NCBI GenBank assembly: GCA_036677065.1
Contig: JAKFBS010000004.1
Span: forward strand, 1 to 64,000
DNA length: 64,000 bases
Source of the DNA: Bdellovibrio sp.
Lineage (GTDB): Bacteria > Bdellovibrionota > Bdellovibrionia > Bdellovibrionales > Bdellovibrionaceae
Direction: 5' to 3'
The position numbers and the translations under genes were made by a program. The notes under the pieces are model-generated. The model worked only from the letters and a program-made list of their open reading frames with translations, had not been told where the DNA came from and did not search any database. Shown here piece after piece: positions 44,911 through 54,870 of the stretch (position 1 is its first letter; each line of letters begins with the position of its first letter).

Positions 44911-46107
44911 ATGGCTCGTTTTTTTGCGTCATGTCCAATCGGCATGGTCGATCTAGTAGAACAAGAATTAAAAGACTTAGGATTAAAAACCGGTGATAAA
45001 ACTATCGGCGGGGTTTTATTTGAATCGAACTGGGAAGGTTGTTACAAAGCCAATCTTCACTCTCGTTACGCAAGTCGTATCTTAAAACCATTATTAGATT
45101 TTAATGCTTACAGCGGTGAAGAACTTTATAACAACGTTCGTAAACATGATTTCACAAAATACATTTCTGCGGATCAAACTATGACAATCGATGCAGTTGT
45201 TAAAGAATGTTCGATTCCAGATCAGCGCTTTTTAGCTATGAAGACTAAAGATGCGATTGTAGACCAATTTCGTGATAAATTTGGTAAACGCCCAGACGTT
45301 GCTAAAGACAATCCATCAATGCGTATCCATATCAAAGGTTATAAAAATAAATACCACATGGCTTTAGATACATCAGGTAGCTCGCTGTTCATGCGTGGCT
45401 ATCGCACGATGACTGGTGAAGCTCCGCTAAAAGAAAACTTAGCAGCAGGCCTTTTAGGCTTAACTGAGTGGGATCGCAAGTCTCCGTTAGTGGATCTGTT
45501 TTGCGGTTCGGGAACAATCTTGATTGAAGCGGCGATGATGGCGGCTAACATGGCTCCTGGAATTCACCGTAATCATTTCGGGTTTATGAATTTAGCTGAT
45601 TACAATGAAGAGGCTTGGTTAAAAGTAATCAACGAAGCCGAATCTCAGGAAAAAGACACTTTAGATTTTAAATTATATGGTTATGACCATGATAAAAAGG
45701 TTCTTCAATTTGCAAAAGACAATGCCCGCAATGCAGGTGTCAGCAAATTTATCGACTTTAAAGGAACTTCAATTGCCGTAGCTGCTCCGCCAGTGACTGG
45801 CGAAGATAATGTTGAAGTTAAGGGAACTGTTATTTGTAATCCTCCGTACGGTGCTCGTATCGGTGATGAGGATAATTTAAAAGACGTTTACCGTGATTTA
45901 GGTTTCACTTTAAAAAATCGCTTCCAAGGTTGGGATGCTTGGTTATTATCGGGCAGTAAAGACTTATTAGGCGAGATGAAATTAAAATCAACGCGTAAGT
46001 ATTATTTAATGAACGGAAACATCGAATGCCGTTTCTTAAAATACGAAATGTACACTGGTTCTAAACGCACTCCGAAAGCGGAAGTTGCGAAGACGACAGA
46101 GCAATAG
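44911..46107 (+). CDS. THUMP-domain rRNA m2G methyltransferase (RlmL-like)
   Basis: RGYR...EAPLKENLAA, D.FCGSGT and NPPYG motifs. Confidence 0.9.
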   Translation: MARFFASCPIGMVDLVEQELKDLGLKTGDKTIGGVLFESNWEGCYKANLHSRYASRILKPLLDFNAYSGEELYNNVRKHDFTKYISADQTMTIDAVVKECSIPDQRFLAMKTKDAIVDQFRDKFGKRPDVAKDNPSMRIHIKGYKNKYHMALDTSGSSLFMRGYRTMTGEAPLKENLAAGLLGLTEWDRKSPLVDLFCGSGTILIEAAMMAANMAPGIHRNHFGFMNLADYNEEAWLKVINEAESQEKDTLDFKLYGYDHDKKVLQFAKDNARNAGVSKFIDFKGTSIAVAAPPVTGEDNVEVKGTVICNPPYGARIGDEDNLKDVYRDLGFTLKNRFQGWDAWLLSGSKDLLGEMKLKSTRKYYLMNGNIECRFLKYEMYTGSKRTPKAEVAKTTEQ

Positions 46108-46130
46108 TTTTTTAAAATAATAGAAAATAG

Positions 46131-46163
46131 AAAAAGGCATAAGAGAAATCTTATGCCTTTTTA
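46131..46163 (+). terminator. Terminator after the RlmL-like gene
   Basis: AAAAAGGCATAAGA GAAA TCTTATGCCTTTTT. Confidence 0.85.
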
Positions 46164-46224
46164 TTGCTGGACTTCTAAACAACACTTTATTGACCAAGTG
46201 GTGTGCGTAGATGATCATGCTTAT

Positions 46225-47280
46225 ATGATTATTAAAATTAGCAAAAACGATATTGAAAAGTTAGTCGATCAGTCAGTCATTACTTTGGATCAATCTGAAA
46301 AAATTTGGCAACAACTCTCGTCTGCAAAAAGTACGGAAGCGCAGTTTAATTTAACTCATTTTTTATATTTTTTTGGTGGCGTTATTTGTATTTTGGCCAT
46401 GAGTTGGTTTGCCAGTGAAGGTTGGGAGCAATTCGGCGGTGCGGGGTTAGCAATTATTTCGCTAATTTATATGTTGGCTTTTACAAAAACGGGAAACTCA
46501 CTTTGGCAGCGTGAGGAATTTAAAATCCCCGCTGGTCTGACATACACGATAGCCGTTTGCATGGTGCCGTTATTAATTTATGGAATTCAGCGATGGACAG
46601 GTTTCTGGATAGTTAAAGATGCTGGAAATGTAACGTACAAAGATTATCACGAATTAATTCGCGGGAGCTGGATGCTGATGTCTGTTGGCACAGTATTGAT
46701 CGGCTCGGTTTATTTGAAATATAGACCGTTTCCTTTTTTAACTATGCCGATTGCTGTGGCTCTTTTTTATATAACGATGGATATAGTTCCGTTTATTCAT
46801 GGAGTTGAGTACCACTCGGATTTATCAGATTTGCGCAGTCTATATTCTATGTTTTTTGGATTGCTAATGATTGTTCTGGCCTACTTTTTTGATAAGAAAG
46901 AAAAACTGGATTATTCATTCTGGCTTTACTTGTTTGGGGCTGCCGCATTCTGGGGTGGTCTGACTTCGATGGACAGTGATAAAGAGCTGGGTAAGTTTAT
47001 CTATTTTTTAATTAATGTCGGGCTGTTGTTGTTGTCGTTATTCTTATACCGCCGCATTTTTATGATTTTTGGAAGTTTCGGGGTTCTGTTTTATATTGGA
47101 CATCTGGCAAATAAAGTTTTTAAAGATTCTTTAATGTTTCCGTTTGCGCTGACCTTGTTAGGCTTGGCGGTTATTTTTCTGGGGATTAAATACCAAAAAA
47201 ACAAAGAGCGTATTGATGCAAAATTTTCTGAGCTGCTGCCTACTTTTTTAAAAAGTTACCGACCACAAGAAAGAAAATAA
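46225..47280 (+). CDS. Multi-pass membrane protein (DUF2157-like)
   Basis: N-terminal I...Q...IW motif then about 11 TMs. The 46153 ATG lies inside the terminator, so 46225 is preferred. Confidence 0.75.
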   Translation: MIIKISKNDIEKLVDQSVITLDQSEKIWQQLSSAKSTEAQFNLTHFLYFFGGVICILAMSWFASEGWEQFGGAGLAIISLIYMLAFTKTGNSLWQREEFKIPAGLTYTIAVCMVPLLIYGIQRWTGFWIVKDAGNVTYKDYHELIRGSWMLMSVGTVLIGSVYLKYRPFPFLTMPIAVALFYITMDIVPFIHGVEYHSDLSDLRSLYSMFFGLLMIVLAYFFDKKEKLDYSFWLYLFGAAAFWGGLTSMDSDKELGKFIYFLINVGLLLLSLFLYRRIFMIFGSFGVLFYIGHLANKVFKDSLMFPFALTLLGLAVIFLGIKYQKNKERIDAKFSELLPTFLKSYRPQERK

Positions 47281-47358
47281 TTTTTTGATCGACGTTCTAA
47301 AATAAAAAAGGACCGCGAGGGGCGGCCCTGAAAACGGGGATTTTCTTTAAATCGTTAA

Positions 47359-47859
47359 TTACATACGGTCCTGATCAAGAGCGATGTTAAGTTTTTCTAA
47401 ACCTAAGTTAACTCCGAAACCTTTTGTAAATTGTAATGATAAGTTCACAGTTAAAGCTGGGATATCAGTGTGAGCTGCAGCTAAAACACCTACGCCACGG
47501 ATTACAGAAGCTTGTCCTTGAACTAATAAGTAGTTACCTAATAGATCTTTTGGGTTATTAGTAAATAAAGCGATGTTAGCTGCAGTGCCTACGAATGCCA
47601 TTTTACCGAAAGCCACTTGTGGTCCGATGAAGTGAGACTTCGCTTTTAAGGTGATTGGGTAAGATTCTGTAACACCAGATGCGCTAATGCAACGTAAGCT
47701 GCCTTTTGCTTCTAATTTGTATTTACCCACGATAACTTTTAAGCCTGACGCCTGACCTTTAAAAGTCATGTTACATGCCCAAGCTGGTACATCTGCTTTT
47801 GCTTGAGTTGTAAGACCTAATCCGAACACCATTGCCATTGCTACTAATACTGATTTCAT
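47359..47859 (-). CDS. Secreted Gly-rich beta protein (DUF992/EipA-like, tentative)
   Basis: Signal peptide ending AKA, Cys pair, Gly-rich strands; AGGAGG RBS. Confidence 0.7.
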   Translation of the reverse strand: MKSVLVAMAMVFGLGLTTQAKADVPAWACNMTFKGQASGLKVIVGKYKLEAKGSLRCISASGVTESYPITLKAKSHFIGPQVAFGKMAFVGTAANIALFTNNPKDLLGNYLLVQGQASVIRGVGVLAAAHTDIPALTVNLSLQFTKGFGVNLGLEKLNIALDQDRM

Positions 47860-47945
47860 TAAAACCTCCTAAGGTTTGTTATTTGTTGTTGAAACCAGAG
47901 ATAAATACTTTTTGGTCTGCCGTCTAGAGGGGGTCAGTGTCTTCC

Positions 47946-47981
47946 TGTTCCGACCTTTTAAGTCGGGACACTATGTCCCGA
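47946..47981. promoter_or_regulatory. Triple half-site inverted repeat (candidate operator)
   Basis: TGTTCCGAC-N7-GTCGGGACA-CTA-TGTCCCGA between divergent genes. Confidence 0.55.
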
Positions 47982-48022
47982 TTAGCTTGCGTTTTTTACA
48001 CACTAGAGTTATAGATCTAGTT

Positions 48023-48796
48023 ATGAAAATGACAATTAAGAGCTTTCTTTTACTGGAGTTAACAAAACGCCAGACGCGTAACTCGGCGTATTCATTACGT
48101 GCGTTCGCTCGTGATTTAGGTATTGGCGTGACTACATTATCAGATGTATTAGCTGACAAGCGCAGTCTATCTAAAACGAATTTAGAAAAAGTGTCGATTA
48201 AGCTGATGTTGTCACCGATGGAGCTTGAGCAAGTTTGGCAAGAGTACAAACAGAACTATCAAAAAGATTTAGAAATCGATGAACATGCCTTAGTTGATGA
48301 AGACACTTTTCGTCTTATTGGTGATTGGAAGCATTTAGCCATTTTAAATTTAGCAAAGATTCCCGAAAATCAGGCGGGAAAGCCCAGTTGGATTGCGAGG
48401 CGTTTAGGGACAACTACTGAAGAAGCAGCAGTTACACTAGAGCGTTTACTCAGACTTAAACTTGTTAAAAAACAAGAAAGTAAACTGGTGAGAACATCTA
48501 AGCCCATTGTAACGTCTAATAACATTCCGTCGATGGCGATTCGTAAATATCACTCTGAAAATCTTTGGTTGGCCGAAAAAACTTTACATGAAGAGGACGT
48601 TTCTCGGCGCCAATTTGTCTCGACAACTTTGGCGATTAACCCTGAAAATTTGCCACGTGCGACTGAATTAATGATTAAGACTCGAAATAAAATCGAAGCG
48701 ATGTTAGAAGAGGGGCCAGTCACAGAAGTATATACGGTTTCTTTTCAAATGTTTCCGCTCACTAAACTTCAAGCGACTAAAGGAGATAAAAAATGA
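48023..48796 (+). CDS. TIGR02147/DUF4423-type HTH protein
   Basis: RNSAYSLRAFARDLG...LS.VL..KR N-terminal HTH; F.LI.DW.H.AIL; IRKYH; Y...FQ.FPL. Confidence 0.85.
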   Translation: MKMTIKSFLLLELTKRQTRNSAYSLRAFARDLGIGVTTLSDVLADKRSLSKTNLEKVSIKLMLSPMELEQVWQEYKQNYQKDLEIDEHALVDEDTFRLIGDWKHLAILNLAKIPENQAGKPSWIARRLGTTTEEAAVTLERLLRLKLVKKQESKLVRTSKPIVTSNNIPSMAIRKYHSENLWLAEKTLHEEDVSRRQFVSTTLAINPENLPRATELMIKTRNKIEAMLEEGPVTEVYTVSFQMFPLTKLQATKGDKK

Positions 48797-49782
48797 AAAC
48801 AACTTTAACTAAATTAGTAGTTCTTTTCACAGTTCTTTCAACTCAATCTGTTTTTGCCGGTGGCGACCGTGTTAATAACGGCGGTGGCTTAGCAGAAAAA
48901 AATGTGATGTACGCTTACGAGAAATTAGAAAGCTATATTAAGCTTTGTCTAGATTCAGATACATGTAAGTTAAATTCAACTCAGTATTATATCTTACAGA
49001 AAATCTATAACGGATTACCTACAGATAAAAATTCAAACCAATTGTCTTTTTCTTCTGAGCAGGCAAATCCAGGAAGATTTATCATCGATGGAAATGTTCG
49101 TGTTGCTAAAACGGGAAGTCTGCCTGGTAGCGCGATCATGATTAATACAGATCTATTATATAATAAGAATCAAAGCGGCGTTTATGAGGCGATGAGCATC
49201 CCTGAGGCTGTGGCAGTACTGGTGCATGAGTTCGGTCATCACTACGGTAACAACAGCCATGAAGAGTTAGACTTAATTGGCGTGCGTATTTCTTTATTGC
49301 TTCAATCAAAAGTAATCACAACGCCGTTAGTGCCATGGAGATCTGATATCGCAATGACGGTCTTAAACCAGGATGCGTCAGGTTTGTTTCCTGAGGTTAT
49401 CTTGTACGTAGGCAATGACATTATCGATATCAGCCATTTTTACAAAGCTGAAATTGAATGTACAGGATTTAAAATTCCGATTCCTTTATTGCCTGTTCCA
49501 GATATCAACATTAACGGCAAAACTCCAAAAGCTTCAATTTTTCATAACCTTCACTGGGATAAAATCAAAGATAAAGACACATCCTTAGAAGTGCAGATTA
49601 CGGGTAATGTGTCGAATCGTTGTAAAGTACAGAGCGATACTGAAATTCGTAGCAATTCATCTCAGCTATCAATTAAATTTAAAATGAATAAAGGTATAGA
49701 CACTTGGGTTTATGACAAATCGTCACTAAGTTTAAAACAGTTTGAAGACCAATGGTGGAAAATCATTAAACTTCCGAACTAA
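48793..49782 (+). CDS. Secreted protein with HEXXH zinc-metallopeptidase-like motif
   Basis: Signal peptide ending VFA then GGDRVNNGG; VLVHEFGHH; 4-nt overlap with the upstream gene. Confidence 0.75.
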   Translation: MKTTLTKLVVLFTVLSTQSVFAGGDRVNNGGGLAEKNVMYAYEKLESYIKLCLDSDTCKLNSTQYYILQKIYNGLPTDKNSNQLSFSSEQANPGRFIIDGNVRVAKTGSLPGSAIMINTDLLYNKNQSGVYEAMSIPEAVAVLVHEFGHHYGNNSHEELDLIGVRISLLLQSKVITTPLVPWRSDIAMTVLNQDASGLFPEVILYVGNDIIDISHFYKAEIECTGFKIPIPLLPVPDININGKTPKASIFHNLHWDKIKDKDTSLEVQITGNVSNRCKVQSDTEIRSNSSQLSIKFKMNKGIDTWVYDKSSLSLKQFEDQWWKIIKLPN

Positions 49783-49790
49783 GAAGAAAT

Positions 49791-49825
49791 AAAAAAAGGC
49801 AGAGTGAAGACTCTGCCTTTTTTTA
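49791..49825. terminator. Bidirectional terminator
   Basis: A7 GGCAGAGT GAAG ACTCTGCC T-run. Confidence 0.88.
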
Positions 49826-49849
49826 GTTTTTAGGATATTTTTAATTTTC

Positions 49850-50221
49850 TTACGACGGTTTATATACGCCGAAGTAAGCTGCAACGATAAAGATCGCCAT
49901 CATTAAGAAGTAAATCGGCCAGCCGATCGCGCCTTTGCGTTTAACCAGAGCAATGATTCCGCCCATGATTAACCAGATGACTAGTTTTACGTAGATCCAA
50001 AATGGTAAACCACCGCTGTGCATGAAACCCATGCGGGCTAATAAACCAAAACCGCTCACTAACATAAATAATAAACCCACACCGTGAGTAACGAAGGCGA
50101 AAGTTTTTACTTTGCCTGCGATTTGGTGGCCTGACCAAGCAAGCACTAACATTCCCACTAACCCTGACGTTAGTAAGAAAATTCCTGTTAAGTGAAGTAT
50201 TTTGTAAAGTTCGTATGGCAT
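49850..50221 (-). CDS. SirB2-like 4-TM membrane protein
   Basis: Y..YK..H, HG....L.SG..L, W...KL and C-terminal KP motifs. Confidence 0.75.
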   Translation of the reverse strand: MPYELYKILHLTGIFLLTSGLVGMLVLAWSGHQIAGKVKTFAFVTHGVGLLFMLVSGFGLLARMGFMHSGGLPFWIYVKLVIWLIMGGIIALVKRKGAIGWPIYFLMMAIFIVAAYFGVYKPS

Positions 50222-50224
50222 GGG

Positions 50225-51307
50225 TTAGTCTCCTTCGTTGAGTCCTAAGTGTTTTAGAATTTTCGCAACTTGTTTACGTATTTTTGGTAAACTTTGTTGC
50301 GACATCATAATTTTTAAATTTTCTTTGTGATCAATTTGCGGGTAACCGCCGTAGACGCCAGATTTTTCGATCGAGCTGACTACGCCAGTGCGCCCAGTTA
50401 GAACGACATTATCAGCTACAGTTAAGTGGCCTAGAACTCCAACGCTTCCGGCTGCTGTGACTTGGCGGCCGATTTTTGTAGAACCAGCGACAATAAAACC
50501 TGCGGCTATCAGGGCGTTTTCTCCGATGTCGCAGTTATGCGCGATATGAATAAAATTATCGAACTTTGAACCTTTACGGATGCGGGTTTCTGTCATCGTT
50601 GCGCGATCGACCGCGCATTGAGCGCCGAATTCACAGTTATCCTCGATAATGACCTGGCCTATTTGGGCAATCTTGTGGTGCGTTCCTTGTTTATCGGTTA
50701 CAAAACCAAAACCGTCAGAGCCGAAAACATTTTGTGGGCCGATCACACAGTTTTTTCCGATATGACAGTTAAATCCTACGAAAACTTGGGCTGATAATTT
50801 TGTATTGTCGCCAATTGAAGAGTCATTTTCTAAAATAGTTTGGGCGCCAATAATGCAATTATCGCCGATCACCACGTTTTTTCCGATCACGGCAAAAGGT
50901 TCGATCGTGACATTTTTTCCGACACGAGCGGTAGGGTCGATAAAAGCTTGCGGGTGGATTGCGGAATTAACGGGTTTGTAGCCGTTAAAATTTTTTAACA
51001 CTTCAGCCATTGCCGCGTGCACATTTGCGGTTGTCCAAACAGATTTACTTTTATCGATAACGTTTTGAACGAGCGGAAGTAATTTTTCAGGAATGATGTA
51101 ACCTAAAGCATTTTGTTTAATGGCGATCTGCAAAAGCTCATCTGTGTTTGCGAAAACTAAACTAGTGGCATTCGCCTGTGCCGGGGGCGCCACTTGAGTA
51201 AATAAACTGCTTTGCGATTGGATTAGTTTAAGTGAAGGGCAAGCTGCTGTAAGGGTCTCTGAAGAGACTGACGTCATTAGAGGTCTTTGATTCGCTTGTA
51301 AATTCAT
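50225..51307 (-). CDS. lpxD: UDP-3-O-acyl-glucosamine N-acyltransferase
   Basis: Hexapeptide repeats, GSDGFGF, KI.QIG.V.IED, DRAT and K.DN..HIAHN motifs. Confidence 0.95.
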   Translation of the reverse strand: MNLQANQRPLMTSVSSETLTAACPSLKLIQSQSSLFTQVAPPAQANATSLVFANTDELLQIAIKQNALGYIIPEKLLPLVQNVIDKSKSVWTTANVHAAMAEVLKNFNGYKPVNSAIHPQAFIDPTARVGKNVTIEPFAVIGKNVVIGDNCIIGAQTILENDSSIGDNTKLSAQVFVGFNCHIGKNCVIGPQNVFGSDGFGFVTDKQGTHHKIAQIGQVIIEDNCEFGAQCAVDRATMTETRIRKGSKFDNFIHIAHNCDIGENALIAAGFIVAGSTKIGRQVTAAGSVGVLGHLTVADNVVLTGRTGVVSSIEKSGVYGGYPQIDHKENLKIMMSQQSLPKIRKQVAKILKHLGLNEGD

Positions 51308-51418
51308 GCTGTTAGAGTAATGCTTTGCAACAGAAAAGACAGCATTTTACTTGTCCGAGACATGGCGCAGGATATACATAAATAGTTGATTAGATAAGTA
51401 AGACATTATTTCACGGAG

Positions 51419-52099
51419 ATGATAATGGCTAAAAAAGCAACTGCATCAAAAAAAGCAACTAAACCTGTAGCGAAATCGGCAGCGCGGTCGGCTCAGGCTA
51501 AAGCTGCGGCAAAAAAACCGGAAGCTAAAAAAGCGGCTCCGGCGGCTAAGGCATCAGCTAAACCAATAGCTAAGCCAGCACCTGCAAAAGCGAAAGCAGC
51601 TGTTATTTCTAAAGGTCCTAAAGTTGTCGCAAAACCTGCGGCAAAAGTAGTTAAGGCCACTCCAGCTCCTAAAAGTGAAGCGGTGCGACCGGCTCAGGTA
51701 AAACCTGCTTTGATGACTAAAAAAGGTAAAGCTGAAGAAGTTGAACCCAAAGATGCTGAGCCTAAAGATCAGGGCGATTTGCTGATTGAAAAAGCCAAAG
51801 AAGAAATGGCGAACATCAATAGCGCGAAAAATGCCGCTGAAAAAAACGCTAAAATTAAACCAATTAAAATTGAACGTGGAAATGCTGCTGATGAAAAAGC
51901 AAAATGGCAGGAGCTGTTTAAACGTCATGGAAAAGACAAAGCTAATCCTTATAAAATGACTGATAGCTTTGACGCTATGAAGCCTCTACAGCACAAAGTA
52001 TTGGGTTGGGGATTTATTTTAAGCAACGAAAATAACCGTCTTGAAGTTCTGTTTGAAAACGGAATAAAAATGTTGATTAGTAACTACAAGCCCTCTTAA
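51419..52099 (+). CDS. Protein with Ala/Lys/Pro-rich histone-H1-like N-terminus and small Tudor/SH3-like C-domain
   Basis: KPAAK-type low-complexity region; C-terminal H..LGWG.I......LEVLF..G.K.L. Confidence 0.75.
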   Translation: MIMAKKATASKKATKPVAKSAARSAQAKAAAKKPEAKKAAPAAKASAKPIAKPAPAKAKAAVISKGPKVVAKPAAKVVKATPAPKSEAVRPAQVKPALMTKKGKAEEVEPKDAEPKDQGDLLIEKAKEEMANINSAKNAAEKNAKIKPIKIERGNAADEKAKWQELFKRHGKDKANPYKMTDSFDAMKPLQHKVLGWGFILSNENNRLEVLFENGIKMLISNYKPS

Positions 52100-52110
52100 T
52101 ATATTCGTGC

Positions 52111-52332
52111 ATGTCAAAAGATGATTTAGTTACTTTAGATGGGAAAGTGGTGGATGCTCTTGCTGGGGGCCTGTACAAGGTAGAGTTAGAGTCAAACAAA
52201 GTTGTGGTGAGTGCCAAACTTTGCGGAAAAATGCGCAGATTTAATATCCGAATCGTCGTCGGAGATCGTGTGAGTGTCGGAGTTTCTCCGTACGACCCAA
52301 CCCACGGCCTCATCATGTACCGTCATAAATAA
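52111..52332 (+). CDS. infA: Translation initiation factor IF-1
   Basis: MSKDD....G.V, GKMR...IRI..GD.V.V..SPYD motifs. Confidence 0.96.
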   Translation: MSKDDLVTLDGKVVDALAGGLYKVELESNKVVVSAKLCGKMRRFNIRIVVGDRVSVGVSPYDPTHGLIMYRHK

Positions 52333-52411
52333 TATAACTAAGAAATTTCTCGTCATAGCCACACAACACAGATAAAATTATCAAAAACATAAAAGAGTCA
52401 CAGAGGTTTTT

Positions 52412-54808
52412 ATGGATCAAATGTTAGGTCAGTATTTAACTCGTTTTGTAACTACAGTTCCGTTGAAATCAGCGGCTGCAGTATTAGAACTAGCAGCAGA
52501 AGGCGGTACAGTTCCGTTTATCGCCCGTTACCGTAAAGAAAAAACGGGAAACTTAGATGAAGTGCAAATTCGCGCGGTTATCGAAGCGGCTGAAACTTTT
52601 GCTGAAGTCGTAAAACGCAAAGCTTTCTTAGTTAAAGAAATCGGCGAGCAAAAGAATTTAACGCCGGAAATTGAAAAGCGTATTAATCTTTCTTGGGATC
52701 TTAATGAACTTGAAGAGATCTACAAACCATTCAAGAAAAAGAAAAAAACCAAAGCCACAGTGGCACGCGATGCTGGTTTAGAACCACTTGCAAACTGGAT
52801 TTGGGATATGGGTCACGCTACTATCAAAGACCCTGCGACGATGGAAATCAAAGCGAAATCTTTCTTAAATCCAGATCAAAAAATTGTAACTTACGAAGAT
52901 GCTCTTAAAGGCGCTCAGGATATTATCGTTGAGAGAATTGCCAATGAGCCAAGTCTACGTGAAAAAGTTGTACAAAATTATTTTGAAAAAGGAAAAGTGG
53001 GCGCAAAAGCTGCGAAAGGCTTTAAACCAAATTCTAAATACGAAATGTACGCTAAAGATTATTCTGACAGCGTTAAAAATTTATTAGAAGAAAAAGCATC
53101 GCACAGATACATGGCGATGAAGCGTGGTTGGGAAGAAGAAGAGCTAACTGTAGAAATTTCTGCAGAAGACGACATCTTGTTAATGATTTACGAAAAATTC
53201 GCGACGACGACTCCAGAAAATGCTTTTGGAACTTATTTAAAAGAATCGGCTCGTTTAGCAATGAATGTTTACGTTGTTCCTTCGGTTAAAAATGAAGTAC
53301 ATGCTAAACTAAAAGAAAAATCTGATGAGCACGCGATTAAAGTTTTCGCTGAAAACGTTCGCCGTGTATTATTAGGTTCTCCGTTCGGACCACGCTGTGT
53401 ACTTGGAGTTGATCCAGGTTTACGTACGGGGTGTAAGATTGCCCTTATTGATAAAGGCGGAAATTTCGTTTCTCACACTGTGATGTACACATTAGGTGAC
53501 AACGCAGAAAACGCTGCAAAGACCTTAATTAACGAAGTAACTAAACAAATCAAAATCGAAGCTATTGCCGTTGGCAACGGAACTGGTGGCCGCGAAACTG
53601 AAATCTTCTTGAAAAAAGTTTTAAAAGAAATCGGTAAAGCTGAAATTCCAGTGGTTATGGTGAATGAATCAGGCGCTTCTGTATATTCTGCTTCTGATGT
53701 AGCCCGTAATGAATTTCCGGATTTAGATATTACTGTGAGAGGCGCGATCTCGATCGCTCGTCGCTTGCAAGATCCTTTAGCTGAGCTAGTTAAAATTGAT
53801 CCAAAATCTATCGGTGTTGGCCAATACCAACATGATGTTAATCAAACTCAACTTAAAAAAGGCTTAGAAGGCGTTGTTGAAAGTTGTGTGAATAACGTAG
53901 GTGTTGATGTGAATACAGCATCCAGTTCGTTATTAGCTCACGTTTCTGGTATCGGCCCTGGATTGGCTACGGCAATCGTTGAACACAGAAAGAAAAATGG
54001 TTTATTCACTGAGCGTTCTGAATTAAGTAAAGTTCCAAGATTTACGCCTAAAGTTTTTGAACAAGCTGCGGGTTTTTTAAGAATTTTAAATGGTAAAGTA
54101 TTTCTAGATTCTACAGGTATTCATCCTGAGCGTTATTCAGCTGTTCGTGATATGGCTCAAGATTTAAATGTAAATTTAAATGAATTAGTTGGTGAAGGCG
54201 CAAAAAAACTTGTGGCGACAAGAACTAAATGGGCAAAAATCGTAGGTGAGTTCACTTTCGATGATATTTACAAAGAATTAGAAAAACCAGGTCGTGATCC
54301 ACGTGATCCATATAAAGTTTTCCAATTTAAAGATGATATCTTCGAAGTAAAAGATCTTAAAGAAGGAATGATTTGTCCGGGTATCGTTACAAATGTTACT
54401 AACTTTGGAGCTTTCGTTGATATCGGCGTTCACCAAGATGGTTTAGTGCATATCTCTGAACTTGCGCACAAGTTCGTTGAAGATCCACGTAAAGTTGTAA
54501 ACCCAGGTGATCAAGTGACTATTCGCGTATTAAAAGTTGATTTAGCGAAAAACCAAATCGCTTTATCGATGAAGCTTGAAGCGGCTCCGGATCATAAATC
54601 TTTCAGAGATATGAAAGAAGGAAATCCACGTCCTCAAGGCGATCGCCCACAAAATCGTGACGGCGGCGGACGCCCTCAAGGTGACCGTGGTGGCCAAAGA
54701 CCAGGTGGATTTGGTGGCGGTAACCGCGACCAACAGCCACGCGGTGGACAAGGTGGCAACGGATTTACAAATAATCCATTTGCGGCATTGTTAACTAACA
54801 AAAAGTAA
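52412..54808 (+). CDS. tex: Tex RNA-binding transcriptional accessory protein
   Basis: TVPFIARYRKE, DPGLRTGCK, RRLQDPLAEL, GVGQYQHD and an S1 domain; Gly/Arg-rich tail. Confidence 0.95.
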   Translation: MDQMLGQYLTRFVTTVPLKSAAAVLELAAEGGTVPFIARYRKEKTGNLDEVQIRAVIEAAETFAEVVKRKAFLVKEIGEQKNLTPEIEKRINLSWDLNELEEIYKPFKKKKKTKATVARDAGLEPLANWIWDMGHATIKDPATMEIKAKSFLNPDQKIVTYEDALKGAQDIIVERIANEPSLREKVVQNYFEKGKVGAKAAKGFKPNSKYEMYAKDYSDSVKNLLEEKASHRYMAMKRGWEEEELTVEISAEDDILLMIYEKFATTTPENAFGTYLKESARLAMNVYVVPSVKNEVHAKLKEKSDEHAIKVFAENVRRVLLGSPFGPRCVLGVDPGLRTGCKIALIDKGGNFVSHTVMYTLGDNAENAAKTLINEVTKQIKIEAIAVGNGTGGRETEIFLKKVLKEIGKAEIPVVMVNESGASVYSASDVARNEFPDLDITVRGAISIARRLQDPLAELVKIDPKSIGVGQYQHDVNQTQLKKGLEGVVESCVNNVGVDVNTASSSLLAHVSGIGPGLATAIVEHRKKNGLFTERSELSKVPRFTPKVFEQAAGFLRILNGKVFLDSTGIHPERYSAVRDMAQDLNVNLNELVGEGAKKLVATRTKWAKIVGEFTFDDIYKELEKPGRDPRDPYKVFQFKDDIFEVKDLKEGMICPGIVTNVTNFGAFVDIGVHQDGLVHISELAHKFVEDPRKVVNPGDQVTIRVLKVDLAKNQIALSMKLEAAPDHKSFRDMKEGNPRPQGDRPQNRDGGGRPQGDRGGQRPGGFGGGNRDQQPRGGQGGNGFTNNPFAALLTNKK

Positions 54809-54870
54809 TTTTAAATAGAAGTATATTAATTGAGCTGAGATGACTCGGCTCTAAAAAGAAGGAAAACACC

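Noticed and set aside
44570..44956. 128-aa ORF bridging ETF-QO and the methylase
   Set aside because: It overlaps both real genes in another frame and has no support
46153..46224. Longer N-termini given by the ORF track (also 18342, 20750, 34095, 41911, 47876, 57466)
   Set aside because: The extensions overlap terminators, promoters or upstream genes; downstream ATGs fit better
54620..54770. Repeated CGTCCTCAAGGCGATCG-like units at the end of tex
   Set aside because: They encode the RPQGDR Gly/Arg-rich disordered tail, which is common in Tex/S1 proteins
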